64,000 bases of DNA from an uncultured Devosia sp. (GTDB taxonomy: Bacteria; Pseudomonadota; Alphaproteobacteria; Rhizobiales; Devosiaceae), in the NCBI RefSeq assembly GCF_913055165.1, contig NZ_CAJXJS010000015.1:276-64275 (forward strand), given 5' to 3'. The notes under the pieces are model-generated. The model was not told the origin of the DNA and did not search any database. It was given only the letters and a program-made list of their open reading frames with translations. Positions 34,066-43,472 of this stretch are shown in pieces. Position numbers and translations under genes: made by a program. Each line of letters opens with the position of its first letter. Position 1 is the stretch's first letter.

Positions 34066-34677
34066 ATGGATCTGTTCACCCTCTCGGCCTTCACCATCGC
34101 CTATGCCATCGCCGTGCTGGTGCCCGGCCCCGGCGTGGCCGCTGTGGTTGCTCGCGCTCTTGGTGGCGGCTTCAAGGGGGCCTTCCCCATGGTGCTGGGC
34201 ATTCTGGCGGGCGATCTGGTCTATTTCTTCTTTGCCGTTTTCGGCCTTGCCGCCATTGCCACCTGGTTCGGCCCGGTCTTCACCATCGTCCGTTGGGCCG
34301 GCGCAGCCTATCTGCTCTATATCGCCTACCGCTTCTGGACGGCCCGTCCCGGCTCGGAGCAGATGAAGCCCAAGAACGAAGACCCCTGGAAGACTTTCCT
34401 CGCCGGCTTCTCGCTGACCATGGGTAATCCCAAGACCATCGTCTTCTACCTCGCCATCTTGCCCACCGTCGTGCCTTTGGGCGAAATGAACCCGGTCGCC
34501 TTTGTCGAACTCACAGGAATAGTGGTGGTCGTGTTGCTGCTGATCGGCTGCGGCTATGCCTGGCTGGCCTCGGCCGCGCGCGACATGTTTCGCAGCGAAA
34601 AGGCCCTCGGGCGGCTCAACAAGACCGCTGGCGCCATGATGGCGGGCGCAGCCGGCCTTGTTGTGACGCAGCACTAA
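34066..34677 (+). CDS. LysE/RhtB family translocator
   Basis: PGPG in TM1, GAAYLLYIA, NPKTIVFYLAILP. Confidence 0.9.
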   Translation: MDLFTLSAFTIAYAIAVLVPGPGVAAVVARALGGGFKGAFPMVLGILAGDLVYFFFAVFGLAAIATWFGPVFTIVRWAGAAYLLYIAYRFWTARPGSEQMKPKNEDPWKTFLAGFSLTMGNPKTIVFYLAILPTVVPLGEMNPVAFVELTGIVVVVLLLIGCGYAWLASAARDMFRSEKALGRLNKTAGAMMAGAAGLVVTQH

Positions 34678-34696
34678 GCTTACGCGGTCGCAAATG

Positions 34697-34734
34697 TTAG
34701 CAGTCTGCTAACCACTTTACCTTTGGTTAACCAT
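34697..34734. promoter_or_regulatory. Tandem CtrA-like boxes upstream of a small ORF
   Basis: TTAG-N7-CTAA (34697-34711) and TTTA-N7-TTAACCAT (34716-34734), compared with CtrA TTAA-N7-TTAA and TTAACCAT. Confidence 0.55.
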
Positions 34735-34754
34735 AATCAGCCAGCCTCACGGAC

Positions 34755-34976
34755 ATGGCTTATGGCAGCGTCAAGATCAACCGCTACAACATGCATCAGC
34801 TCTCCCCCTATGAGCGGATACAGTATCAGCGCGAGCGCCGCGCCATGGCCGCCGAAATCGCCCAGAAAAACGCCGGCTTGGCCAACAGCTTCGCGTCGAT
34901 CCAGGCGAACAACGCCGTGGAAATGGGCAACCTCTTCTCCCAGATCGCCATGCAGCGCATCTCCAAGATCGCTTAA
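34755..34976 (+). CDS. Small hypothetical protein (73 aa)
   Basis: Clean host codon usage, GGA upstream, own AT-rich promoter region. Confidence 0.72.
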   Translation: MAYGSVKINRYNMHQLSPYERIQYQRERRAMAAEIAQKNAGLANSFASIQANNAVEMGNLFSQIAMQRISKIA

Positions 34977-35039
34977 GCCAAGCCGTTCATGAACGCCGAA
35001 CTGCCAAAAATGAGCAGACTCACCATGAAGGCCCGGCCC

Positions 35040-35561
35040 TCAGGCGGGCTGTGGTGAGATGCGCTTGAGCAGAGCAGAGAGCTCGGCCGGCGGCTTCTGC
35101 TCGATGCGCCGATAGGTTCTCCCATCGGGGGTACGGGTCACATAGCCCAAATCCACCAGCGCCCTTCGCAGCAAGGCGTGATCGCCGAAGCTTGCCCAGG
35201 CATTGAGCAGCTCGGTGTTCTCCTTGTCGCTATAGGCGCGGTTCGGCTCCATGCGCGCCCACAGCGCCCATAGGCACAACGGCTGCAGGCTGTTCCTGGA
35301 TGGCCAGCGCAGCAACACACCTTGGGCGTCAAAGTGCCGGCTGACCTTCTCCACCAGTGTCAGATCCACCGCTTCGGGCTTTGGCAAGTCCTGGGCAATG
35401 CTCCTGAAATGCTGAAAATTCCGAAACCCGGCCGAACGGGCCAGCATGTTGAGCATTTCAACATGGCTGGGTTTGTCATCAGCCTTGACGACCTGCTCGC
35501 GCAGGCTTTTGGCGAAGGCCGACACATCGGCAATGGTCAGGGAAAGGACCTGTCTCGACAT
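35040..35561 (-). CDS. DUF2087-domain protein
   Basis: H..MLN.LAR.AGFRNFQH N-terminus; D.ALLRRALVD.G...R..DG..Y.R C-terminus. Confidence 0.8.
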   Translation of the reverse strand: MSRQVLSLTIADVSAFAKSLREQVVKADDKPSHVEMLNMLARSAGFRNFQHFRSIAQDLPKPEAVDLTLVEKVSRHFDAQGVLLRWPSRNSLQPLCLWALWARMEPNRAYSDKENTELLNAWASFGDHALLRRALVDLGYVTRTPDGRTYRRIEQKPPAELSALLKRISPQPA

Positions 35562-35806
35562 AGCTCATCCTCAAGCGTGCCCATACCCGTCCGCAAGAGA
35601 CGGTGTCGTCGGTCGCCGGCTTGCGACGGGCACCAGAGAAAGTGCGTGTCGAATGGGTCGAAGAAGAGCAGGTTTAGCTTCCCGGATGGGACGGCGACGC
35701 CTCGGTGAACTGCAGACCGTTGCGTTGAAATATCCCGCCCCAGACCCGAAATCAAGCCGGCTGGTTTGTCACCAGATGATATTGACGGCCCACGCGCATT
35801 GAGGCT

Positions 35807-35834
35807 TTGACACCCGCCGCGACCCTGATATGAC
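35807..35834 (+). promoter_or_regulatory. Sigma70 promoter of the tRNA
   Basis: TTGACA at 35807, a -10-like element (GATATG/TATGAC) about 15-16 nt downstream, and a GC-rich discriminator. Confidence 0.6.
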
Positions 35835-35842
35835 CCGCACAG

Positions 35843-35918
35843 GGGCCTATAGCTCAATGGTTAGAGCCGACCGCTCATAACGGTCTGGTTCCAGGTTCGA
35901 GTCCTGGTGGGCCCACCA
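35843..35918 (+). tRNA. tRNA with CAT anticodon, most likely tRNA-Ile2 (lysidine-modified)
   Basis: 76 nt. GGGCCTA/TGGGCCC acceptor stem, D-loop AGCTCAATGGTTAGAGC, anticodon arm GACCG-CTCATAA-CGGTC, T-loop GGTTCGAGTCC, encoded CCA. The GGGCC start and D-arm resemble alphaproteobacterial Ile2 rather than Met or fMet. Confidence 0.93.
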
Positions 35919-35928
35919 ACAAATTCGA

Positions 35929-35959
35929 GGGGTTAGCAGTGTATCTGCTGACCCCTTTT
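35929..35959 (+). terminator. tRNA terminator
   Basis: GGGGTTAGCAG-TGTAT-CTGCTGACCCC followed by TTTT. Confidence 0.8.
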
Positions 35960-36063
35960 CGTTGGGGCCCGGATTATGGCCCGGTAATGGGCTCGTGTTC
36001 GAAGGCGAGATAGCAGCCGCATTGCGGCGACAGGATCAGAGCCGACTTATCCATTGTGCGATT

Positions 36064-36921
36064 TCAGGCCGTGCGCGAACCGGCCCCGGTCAGAATGAAG
36101 TCGAAGCTTGATTTCCACACTGTATCAGTGCCGGGCTCCATTGAAGCGATCAACGATGCTTTCACGCCAAACACAGCGTCCGAGGTGAGCCACTGGTCGC
36201 CCTCGACGAAGGTGTGTGTGACGATGGTCTGGTAGCCCGGAGCGGTCACCAGGAAATGCATATGCGCCGGTCGGTTGGGGTGACGGCCAAGGGCGGCAAG
36301 CATCTGGCCGACTGGCCCGTCGTCGGGGATGGGATAGGAAACCGGGCGGATGCCCCGAAAGCTATAGGCCCCGTCGGGTCCGGTAACGAAAATGCCGCGA
36401 TTGTTCCATTTGGGCTGAATGTCGGGCTGTTGCACATCGTAAAAGCCCTCGGCGTTGTCGCACCACACATCGATACGCGCCCCTTCAACAGGCTTCCCGT
36501 CGATGTCACGGACATGACCGACAAAGAGGCAACTCTCACCCTTCCCATCAAGCGATATGTTGGTGCCCATTGGGTATTCGGGCGCCCCGTCTACGTGGAA
36601 AGGACCGAAAACGGTGTTCTCCGTCGCCCCGGTCGGACGGCGATTATTGATGGCGTCGACCAGCATCGAAAAGCCGAGGACGTCGCTGAGGAGAATGAAC
36701 TCCTGCCGGTTGGCGTTGCTGATCTGGCCGGTGCGGGTGAGAAAGTCGATGGCGACACCCCATTCCTCCTGGGTCAGTTCAATGTCCTTGGCAAAGGCAT
36801 GAAGGTGTTTGACCAAAGAAGCCATGACCGTTGCCAGCCGTGGATTTATCCCCTCGCGCATGCGGGCGTTGACGGCCTCGACGCTGCGCGCCTCGGTGAA
36901 ATAATCGATAGTGTCGGCCAT
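36064..36921 (-). CDS. Intradiol ring-cleavage dioxygenase (hydroxyquinol 1,2-dioxygenase-like)
   Basis: QEFILLSDVLG, TENTVFGPFH, YPIPDDGPVG, RPAHMH. ATG 36921 preceded by AGGAGG. Confidence 0.9.
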   Translation of the reverse strand: MADTIDYFTEARSVEAVNARMREGINPRLATVMASLVKHLHAFAKDIELTQEEWGVAIDFLTRTGQISNANRQEFILLSDVLGFSMLVDAINNRRPTGATENTVFGPFHVDGAPEYPMGTNISLDGKGESCLFVGHVRDIDGKPVEGARIDVWCDNAEGFYDVQQPDIQPKWNNRGIFVTGPDGAYSFRGIRPVSYPIPDDGPVGQMLAALGRHPNRPAHMHFLVTAPGYQTIVTHTFVEGDQWLTSDAVFGVKASLIASMEPGTDTVWKSSFDFILTGAGSRTA

Positions 36922-36931
36922 TTTCAGCCTC

Positions 36932-38716
36932 CTATTCTGCAGCGCTGCGCTGGGCGAGATTGTCACGGTCAAGGATGGAGGACAGGACGCGGCTCAGTTC
37001 GCCGGCAGGGTCGGCCACCATTTCTTCGGCGCGCCAGGCAACATGATGGTCGGGCCGCACCAGCACGCAGCCGCTGTCAGTCACTTCTCTTGCCCTCGCC
37101 CAGGAGCCTTCGAGGTCCGACAAGGCGCGACGTGGGCCGATGACATGGGTCACCAGCGAAACACCCATGGCCTTGGCCACCTTTTCGGCCGCCTTTGCCC
37201 AAGTCTCGCCAGCAATGCCGGTGAGGATGGTGAAACGCCCCTTGCCGGTCACGTCCAGGGTTGAGTGCTTGCCGCCATGGGCATCAAAAAGCCAGGCATG
37301 TGGCAGACGCGCACCGGGCCAGGTGGTCGGCTGGTAATGCAGTTCAGCGTCGAGTTCGAAGCTCGGCTCCATCTGGCCGTCGGCAACCACGGCCTCAGAC
37401 TTGTAGCGCTGGTTCATCTCGACGCCATGCGCGTCGAACTCGTATTTTTTGAACGCGATGGCCTGGCGCAAGGCCTCGCGCTGGCGTTCGGCAGCCGGCG
37501 TCGCATCGCAACGGGCCTTCATCGACGCCTTGATCTTCTCAATGTCGGTGCCGCCGGTCATGCCTAGTGCTTCGAATATCGCACCGGTTTCACCAATGGA
37601 CTGGTTGGCGCGCGTGACGATCTGCTTGGCAACCGGGGCTCGTTCCACCGAGTAGGAGTCGAGCAGTCCCATTCCGGCCTCGCCCCGGATCACCGCGGCA
37701 AGCTTCCAGGCCAGGTTAAATCCGTCCTGAATGGACGTATTGGAACCAAGGCCATTGGAGGGCGGATGCCGGTGCGCGGCGTCGCCCATGATGAAGACGC
37801 GGCCTTTCTGCATATGGGTCGCGTACATGTTGTTGACAGTCCAGGTATTGGCGGACAGGAGTTCGATATTGAGGTCGGGATCACCGACCAACTGACGGGC
37901 GACGCCGGTCGCAAACTCTGCATCCACAACCGGGGCCGGTTGGTTGATGTCGTAGCCCCAAACGATCAGCCACTCGTTCCAGGGGCGGACCATGCGCACC
38001 AGGCCCATGCCGATGCCACCCACGTCGGCGCCCGGCTGCAGCACCCAATAGAGCACGGACGGCCTGTGTGCGACGTAGCGCGAGAGATCGGCGCGGAAGT
38101 GGATGTTCATGGAACCGCCAACGCCCATCTGGCCCTCAAAGGGCAGGCCGGCATGTTCGGCGACCTTGGAGTTGCCGCCATCGGCCCCGACGAGAAATTT
38201 GGAGCGGATGGTGATTTCCTTGCCGGTCAGGCGGTCGAGGCAAGTCGTGGTGACACCTTCTGCATCCTGCTCATGGCGCAGGTATTCAGTCGACATGCGG
38301 GCCTGTGATCCACGCGAGCACGCAGTCTTGAACAGCAGCGGTTCCATGAAGGTCTGCGGCAGGTCGTTCATCTTGCTGGGTGAGGACAGATCATGCTCGG
38401 CCCTCGAGAGCGGGTGGTTGCCCCAGCTCTTCATGCGGCCGATTTCCTCTCCGGCGAGGCTCTCGCAGAAGATATTCTCGCCCATCAAGTCCTGGTGCGT
38501 TGCAAAGAGGTATGCCTCCTCTTCGACGTCCCGGCCCATGTCGCGCAACACTTCCATGGTGCGCTGGTTTGTGATGTGCGCGCGCGGCGTATTGGCCAGC
38601 CACCGATACCGGTTGATGACCACGTTATCCACGCCATAGCTGGACAGCAGTGCGGCCGTCGCCGAGCCGGCAGGACCCGTGCCGATGACCAGAACGTCGG
38701 TTGTGATTTCCGCCAT
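36932..38716 (-). CDS. FAD-dependent phenol monooxygenase (TfdB/PheA-like)
   Basis: VLVIGTGPAG, PRAHITNQRT, GADG, GDAAHRHPP.NGLGSNTSIQD, C-terminal LVRPDHHVAWR. Confidence 0.9.
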   Translation of the reverse strand: MAEITTDVLVIGTGPAGSATAALLSSYGVDNVVINRYRWLANTPRAHITNQRTMEVLRDMGRDVEEEAYLFATHQDLMGENIFCESLAGEEIGRMKSWGNHPLSRAEHDLSSPSKMNDLPQTFMEPLLFKTACSRGSQARMSTEYLRHEQDAEGVTTTCLDRLTGKEITIRSKFLVGADGGNSKVAEHAGLPFEGQMGVGGSMNIHFRADLSRYVAHRPSVLYWVLQPGADVGGIGMGLVRMVRPWNEWLIVWGYDINQPAPVVDAEFATGVARQLVGDPDLNIELLSANTWTVNNMYATHMQKGRVFIMGDAAHRHPPSNGLGSNTSIQDGFNLAWKLAAVIRGEAGMGLLDSYSVERAPVAKQIVTRANQSIGETGAIFEALGMTGGTDIEKIKASMKARCDATPAAERQREALRQAIAFKKYEFDAHGVEMNQRYKSEAVVADGQMEPSFELDAELHYQPTTWPGARLPHAWLFDAHGGKHSTLDVTGKGRFTILTGIAGETWAKAAEKVAKAMGVSLVTHVIGPRRALSDLEGSWARAREVTDSGCVLVRPDHHVAWRAEEMVADPAGELSRVLSSILDRDNLAQRSAAE

Positions 38717-38718
38717 GA

Positions 38719-39807
38719 TTATTCCTCCCTTGAGGGCGTTTTGATGGTGAGCGGTCCGCCCATGAGGCGCCGCCGAATTGGGAAAAGCTGAATGCCGGTG
38801 CGGTCGGAGAAGCTGCCCCACAGCCCGCGCGGGGCGAGCAGCATGACGCCGATGCCGATGAGGCCGAGGATCATCAGGTACCAGGCACCGTACTGGGCCA
38901 GCAGCGTCTGGAGCAGGAAAAAGATCAGAACACCGACGATTGGGCCCTCGATCGTGCCGATGCCACCGATCACGACGATGAAGATGACATAGGCTGTCCA
39001 GTCATTGAGCGAGAAGGCTGCGTCCGGCGAAATGCGCGCCTTCTGCATGTAGATCAGCGCACCGGTCAGCCCGGTACCGAGCGCGGCCGTCAGGAAGACA
39101 AACCATTTGACGCGCTGCGCATCGACGCCGACTGAACGCGCCGCTTGTGGATTGTCACGCACGGCCGCCAGGCCCAGACCGCGCTTGGAGCGCAGAAGCC
39201 AGTAAATGCCGCCAATGGTCAGAATGGCGAGAACGAGCGCGAGCCAATAGGCGAGAATGTCGCGCGCCGCCGAGGCCCGCACGTCGAACAGGGCAGCAAT
39301 CTGGTCGGTGAAGATGATGTTTTCCGTGGCGGTGCGCGGCAGCGAGGTGCCGGTGCCACCACCCACGGCGCGCCATTGCGCCACGATCAGGCGAACAACT
39401 TCCGCCAGGACCCATGTGCCGATGGCGAAATAGGCTCCCTGCAGGCGGAATGCAAAAAACCCGAAGGGCACTGCCAAAACCAGCGCGGCAACACCGCCGA
39501 GCAGAATGGCAGGCACCGGATCGAGACCCCAAAGAATAACTGCCGCGAAGAGCGCGTAGGCGCCGATGCCCACGAATGCCTGCTGGCCGACCGAAACCAG
39601 CCCGCCATAGCCGGCCAGCAGGTTCCAGAACTGGGCCAGTGTCAGCATGGTCAGGATAAAGAACAAATCCTGGATAAGGCCTCGCGAGGCAAAGGCGGGC
39701 GCCGCGAAGAGCACGAGAATGAGCACGATGCCAACGAGCCCAGCAATCGTCGAAGTTCTCGTTCTGGTTTCGACACGGTAGATCGTGTCTGGCGCGGAGA
39801 TCGTCAT
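38719..39807 (-). CDS. Branched-chain-type ABC permease (LivM-like)
   Basis: WNLLAGYGGLVSVGQQAF.G.GAY, IGGIGTIEGPIVG. Confidence 0.9.
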   Translation of the reverse strand: MTISAPDTIYRVETRTRTSTIAGLVGIVLILVLFAAPAFASRGLIQDLFFILTMLTLAQFWNLLAGYGGLVSVGQQAFVGIGAYALFAAVILWGLDPVPAILLGGVAALVLAVPFGFFAFRLQGAYFAIGTWVLAEVVRLIVAQWRAVGGGTGTSLPRTATENIIFTDQIAALFDVRASAARDILAYWLALVLAILTIGGIYWLLRSKRGLGLAAVRDNPQAARSVGVDAQRVKWFVFLTAALGTGLTGALIYMQKARISPDAAFSLNDWTAYVIFIVVIGGIGTIEGPIVGVLIFFLLQTLLAQYGAWYLMILGLIGIGVMLLAPRGLWGSFSDRTGIQLFPIRRRLMGGPLTIKTPSREE

Positions 39808-39815
39808 GGCCGGCC

Positions 39816-40679
39816 TCAATCAAATGCGCGCGGGAAAAGGCCGCGCGGCTTGAACAGCAGAACAAGGAGGAAGGCGATGTGGCCGGAAAGGATCTGCCAC
39901 TCCGGGTTGATCGCTGCGCCGATCGTCTGCGCAAGACCAATAATCACGCCGCCCGCCAGAGTGCCCCAGAGCGAGCCCAGTCCCCCGATGATCACGGCCT
40001 CGAAGGCATAGATAAGCCGCGCCGGGCCCACCGCCGGGTCAAAATTGGCCCGCATGCCAAGATAGAGCGCGGCGATCGTGACAATCATCATCGCGATGCC
40101 TGTCGCCTGGGCGAAAACCGCGTTTGGCCGGATCCCCATCAGGCTCGCCGTTGTCGGGTCATCCGAAGTGGCGCGGAAAGATCGGCCCAGCGCGGTGCGA
40201 TAAAAAACGTGATTGAGGATGAGGATGACGGCGACGGCCGATCCGAAGGTCAGAAGCGGCAGAATGCCGACATTGATGCCGCCAAGACTGATGGAGGCCA
40301 CACCAACATCACCCGTAGGCAGGCGCCTCGTATCGGCTGATGCCCCTTGAAGCAGCGCATTCTGGATGACGACCGAAATGCCGAAAGTCACCAGTAGCGG
40401 GGGAAGGATGTCCTCGCCAAGGACGCGGTTCAGCACCACCTTCTGCAGCACATAGCCAAGGCCGAACATCAGCGGGAGGGCGATCAGCGCCGCAACGAAG
40501 GGCGAGAGGCCGAGCAGCGACACGATCAGGAGGATCAGGTAGGCGGCGAGCACGATAAGGTCGCCATGCGCGAGGTTGACCAGCCGCATGATACCAAAAA
40601 CGAGGCTGAGACCGGCGGCGAACAGCGCGTAGAGTCCGCCGAGCAGGATGCCCTGCACGATTGTGTCGATCCAGTTCAT
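39816..40679 (-). CDS. Branched-chain-type ABC permease (LivH-like)
   Basis: GGLYAL.AAGLSLVFG.MRLVNLAHGD, IIGGLGSLWG. Confidence 0.9.
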   Translation of the reverse strand: MNWIDTIVQGILLGGLYALFAAGLSLVFGIMRLVNLAHGDLIVLAAYLILLIVSLLGLSPFVAALIALPLMFGLGYVLQKVVLNRVLGEDILPPLLVTFGISVVIQNALLQGASADTRRLPTGDVGVASISLGGINVGILPLLTFGSAVAVILILNHVFYRTALGRSFRATSDDPTTASLMGIRPNAVFAQATGIAMMIVTIAALYLGMRANFDPAVGPARLIYAFEAVIIGGLGSLWGTLAGGVIIGLAQTIGAAINPEWQILSGHIAFLLVLLFKPRGLFPRAFD

Positions 40680-41383
40680 GCTGCCGCTCCGAAATAGGCG
40701 GCGTGGATGGCCTCGCGCGTGAGGTCTGTCGGCGTGCCCGACAGGGTCACCCTGCCCTCCATCATGCAGTAGACCCGGTCCGCCACCTCCAGAGCCTGGC
40801 CGATATCCTGCTCGACGATGATCACCGCCGCGCCGCCTTCGCGGATGCGGGGCATGGCTTTGTAGATGTCACGGATAACCACCGGAGCCAGGCCGAGCGA
40901 AATCTCGTCGCAAAGAAGCACATCAGGATTGCTCATCAGCGCGCGACCGATGGCCACCATCTGCTGTTGCCCACCGGAGAGTGCGGTGCCCGCATTGTCG
41001 CGGCGCTCCTTGAGGATGGGGAACAGATTGTAGATGGCATCGAGCGTCCAGGAGCCCGAACCCCTGCGCGCATGAGCGCCGATCAGCAGGTTTTCCTCAA
41101 CCGTGAGGGAGGGAAACAGCTTCCGCCCTTCAGGGACCATGGCAACGCCACGCTTCATGACTGCGTCGGCCGGCAATGCACCGATGGGTTCGCCCCGGTA
41201 ACGGATCGATTGCGGCTCGTTGCGCAACACGCCCGACAGCGAGCGCAGCAGCGTTGTCTTGCCGGCGCCATTGGCGCCGATAATGGCCACGCATTCGCCC
41301 GCATCAAGCGTGATATCGACGCCGAACAGCGCCTGAAACTGACCGTAGTGGGCGGTCAGCCCGTGGGTGGAGAGCATCGCCAT
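40676..41383 (-). CDS. ABC ATP-binding protein (LivF-like)
   Basis: GANGAGKTT, LSGGQQQMVAIGRALM. Confidence 0.92.
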   Translation of the reverse strand: MAMLSTHGLTAHYGQFQALFGVDITLDAGECVAIIGANGAGKTTLLRSLSGVLRNEPQSIRYRGEPIGALPADAVMKRGVAMVPEGRKLFPSLTVEENLLIGAHARRGSGSWTLDAIYNLFPILKERRDNAGTALSGGQQQMVAIGRALMSNPDVLLCDEISLGLAPVVIRDIYKAMPRIREGGAAVIIVEQDIGQALEVADRVYCMMEGRVTLSGTPTDLTREAIHAAYFGAAA

Positions 41384-42102
41384 CAGACTTCGATCCCCAG
41401 ATAGATTTCACGTACTTGCGGCCGCGCCATGATGCCCGCGGGCTCGCCCACTGCGATGACCTTGCCGAAATCGAGCACAAGCAACCGCTCAACCACGGAG
41501 GTGAGCGCATGCAGAACGTGCTCGATCCAGATGATCGTCGTCCCGGTGGCATGGATGTCCTTGATAGTCCCCACGAGTTGGCTGCACTCGCCCTCAGTGA
41601 GACCGCCCGCGATCTCGTCAAGCAGGAGCAGCCTGGGGGCCGTGGCCAGCGCGCGCGCCAGTTCCAGCCGCTTGCGCTCCAGGAGGGAGAGGCTATCCGC
41701 GACCGTGTTGGCGCGACCTATGAGACCGGTGCGATCCAGAATATCGGCGGCAGCCTGTTCAACGGCGCGCTCGCTCTTGCCCTGCCCGAAAGAGCCGGCA
41801 ACCAGCAGGTTCTCGAATACGGTCATCTTGCCGAAGGGCTGCGGAATCTGGAACGAGCGGCCAATGCCGTTGAGGCAGCGTTGCATGGCGCTCTGCCGGG
41901 TCACGTCCTCGCCGAGGAAATGAACTGTGCCGCTGTCTGCGGCGATGTTTCCGGTGATGAGATTGAAGAGCGTCGACTTGCCGGCGCCGTTCGGGCCGAT
42001 AATGCCCAGGGCCTCACCTTCGCGCACCTCGAAAGTGATTGCGTCGGCGACCTTGAGCGCGCCAAAGCTCTTGCAGACGCTATCGAGCGATATGATGGAC
42101 AT
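41383..42102 (-). CDS. ABC ATP-binding protein (LivG-like)
   Basis: [27 protein letters not shown]. Confidence 0.92.
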   Translation of the reverse strand: MSIISLDSVCKSFGALKVADAITFEVREGEALGIIGPNGAGKSTLFNLITGNIAADSGTVHFLGEDVTRQSAMQRCLNGIGRSFQIPQPFGKMTVFENLLVAGSFGQGKSERAVEQAAADILDRTGLIGRANTVADSLSLLERKRLELARALATAPRLLLLDEIAGGLTEGECSQLVGTIKDIHATGTTIIWIEHVLHALTSVVERLLVLDFGKVIAVGEPAGIMARPQVREIYLGIEV

Positions 42103-42155
42103 GTACGGCCCCTGAATGCCGGGCGTCCGAGGGCGCCCGGCCGGATTGGTCTGGA

Positions 42156-43430
42156 TCAGGAAATGGCTTCCATCGTTCCGCCGGTGGGAATGTTGTCGTG
42201 GCCGCTATTGTCCACAATGACGAGGTCGTAACCGCCGCCATCGCGCTTGCGCCACTGGCCGCCAACCAACGGGGTCTTGCAGACATTCCTGGCAGCAAAG
42301 GGTGGCAGGCCGGCGCCGTCGAACTTGATGGGGCCGACAATGGTCTGAAGATCCGTCGCGGCAATGGCCTCGACCACCGCGTCAGCATTGCCCGTGTCGC
42401 TGACGCGGCTCATCACATCCGCTGCCATCTCGAACAGCGCATGCACGAAGCCGATCGGCTGCGTCCACTGCTTGCCCGTCTCGGCGGCATAGGCATCAGC
42501 CAGCTCCTTGGAGCTCATCCCGTTTAGCGATGAACTGAACGGATGGCTCGGCGACCACCAGACCTCCGAGGATAGATTGTGACCGGTGTCGCCAAGGGCC
42601 TCTACGGCCTGTGGGAACAGGATGGCCTTGCCGATCGACGCCGCCTTGGGCGTAAAGCCCTGCTGACGGGCCTGGGTCCAGAAGGTGGTGAAATCGGGCG
42701 GGATCGGCACGCCGGTAATGATGTCGGCATTGGCCTGGCGGAAAGCGTTGATCTGTGCTGAAAAATCGTCGGTGAGGTTCTGGTAGCGGCCCGGATCAAA
42801 CATCTGGAAGCCTTGTTCGGCCAGCGCGGGCGGGAAGCCGGTGTTCGGATCGCCCCAGGCATTGCCGTCGGCATCATTCGGGAACAGGCCGCCGACGATC
42901 TTGTTGGTGTCCAGCTGTCCCCACATGTTGGTGAAGACGGAGATGACGTCTTCAAGGCCCCAGAAGAAGTGATAGGCATATTCGAATGGACGCCAGCTTT
43001 CGGGGTCGGCGGGGTTGCCCTGCTGTCCAATAAACCAGGGCTGCCAGGGCGCCACGGTGGAAATCAGCGGCACGCCTTCGGCTTCCGCGGTCGTGGTCAC
43101 AGGGTTGGTGGTTTCGGGCGTGGAAGCGACCATCATCAGATCGACTTCATCGTCAATGATCAGCTCCTGCGCGACTTCGGCTGCGCGGTTGGGATTGGAC
43201 TGGCTGTCCTTGACGATGATCTCGAAATTGGCCGCAGCCTCGCTCTTGGCAAAGTTGGAGAGGATGAAGTTGTCCGCCTCGGCAAAGGCTGCAAGCGGCC
43301 CCGATTGCGGGCTGACATAGCCTACCCGGATCTTGGCGCCCTGGGCGATGGCGGGCATGGGGAAGGCGCCGGTGGCGGCGATGAGGCCGGTGGCGGCTGT
43401 GCCTTTAAGCAGATTGCGACGGGTGATCAT
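42156..43430 (-). CDS. ABC substrate-binding protein with Tat signal
   Basis: MITRRNLLK Tat leader, Peripla_BP_6-like G.VSPQSGPLA.F, DSQSNPNRA. Confidence 0.9.
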   Translation of the reverse strand: MITRRNLLKGTAATGLIAATGAFPMPAIAQGAKIRVGYVSPQSGPLAAFAEADNFILSNFAKSEAAANFEIIVKDSQSNPNRAAEVAQELIIDDEVDLMMVASTPETTNPVTTTAEAEGVPLISTVAPWQPWFIGQQGNPADPESWRPFEYAYHFFWGLEDVISVFTNMWGQLDTNKIVGGLFPNDADGNAWGDPNTGFPPALAEQGFQMFDPGRYQNLTDDFSAQINAFRQANADIITGVPIPPDFTTFWTQARQQGFTPKAASIGKAILFPQAVEALGDTGHNLSSEVWWSPSHPFSSSLNGMSSKELADAYAAETGKQWTQPIGFVHALFEMAADVMSRVSDTGNADAVVEAIAATDLQTIVGPIKFDGAGLPPFAARNVCKTPLVGGQWRKRDGGGYDLVIVDNSGHDNIPTGGTMEAIS

Positions 43431-43472
43431 GATGGGTTCTCCTCCCAAAAATCATGAGCCTTTCGGCTTGGT

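Noticed and set aside
34696-34712. GTTAGCAG-T-CTGCTAAC as a terminator, and its similarity to the tRNA terminator stem at 35932
   Set aside because: Loop too small and no U-tract; better explained as a protein-binding dyad. The similarity is too short to imply duplication.
35843-35918. Calling the CAT tRNA Met or fMet
   Set aside because: It lacks the fMet C1:A72 mismatch and GGG/CCC anticodon stem. The sequence resembles alphaproteobacterial Ile2, so it is kept as probable Ile2.
36932-38716. 2,4-D or chlorophenol degradation (tfdB) assignment
   Set aside because: The family resemblance is real, but chlorocatechol-pathway genes are absent and substrate cannot be read from sequence.
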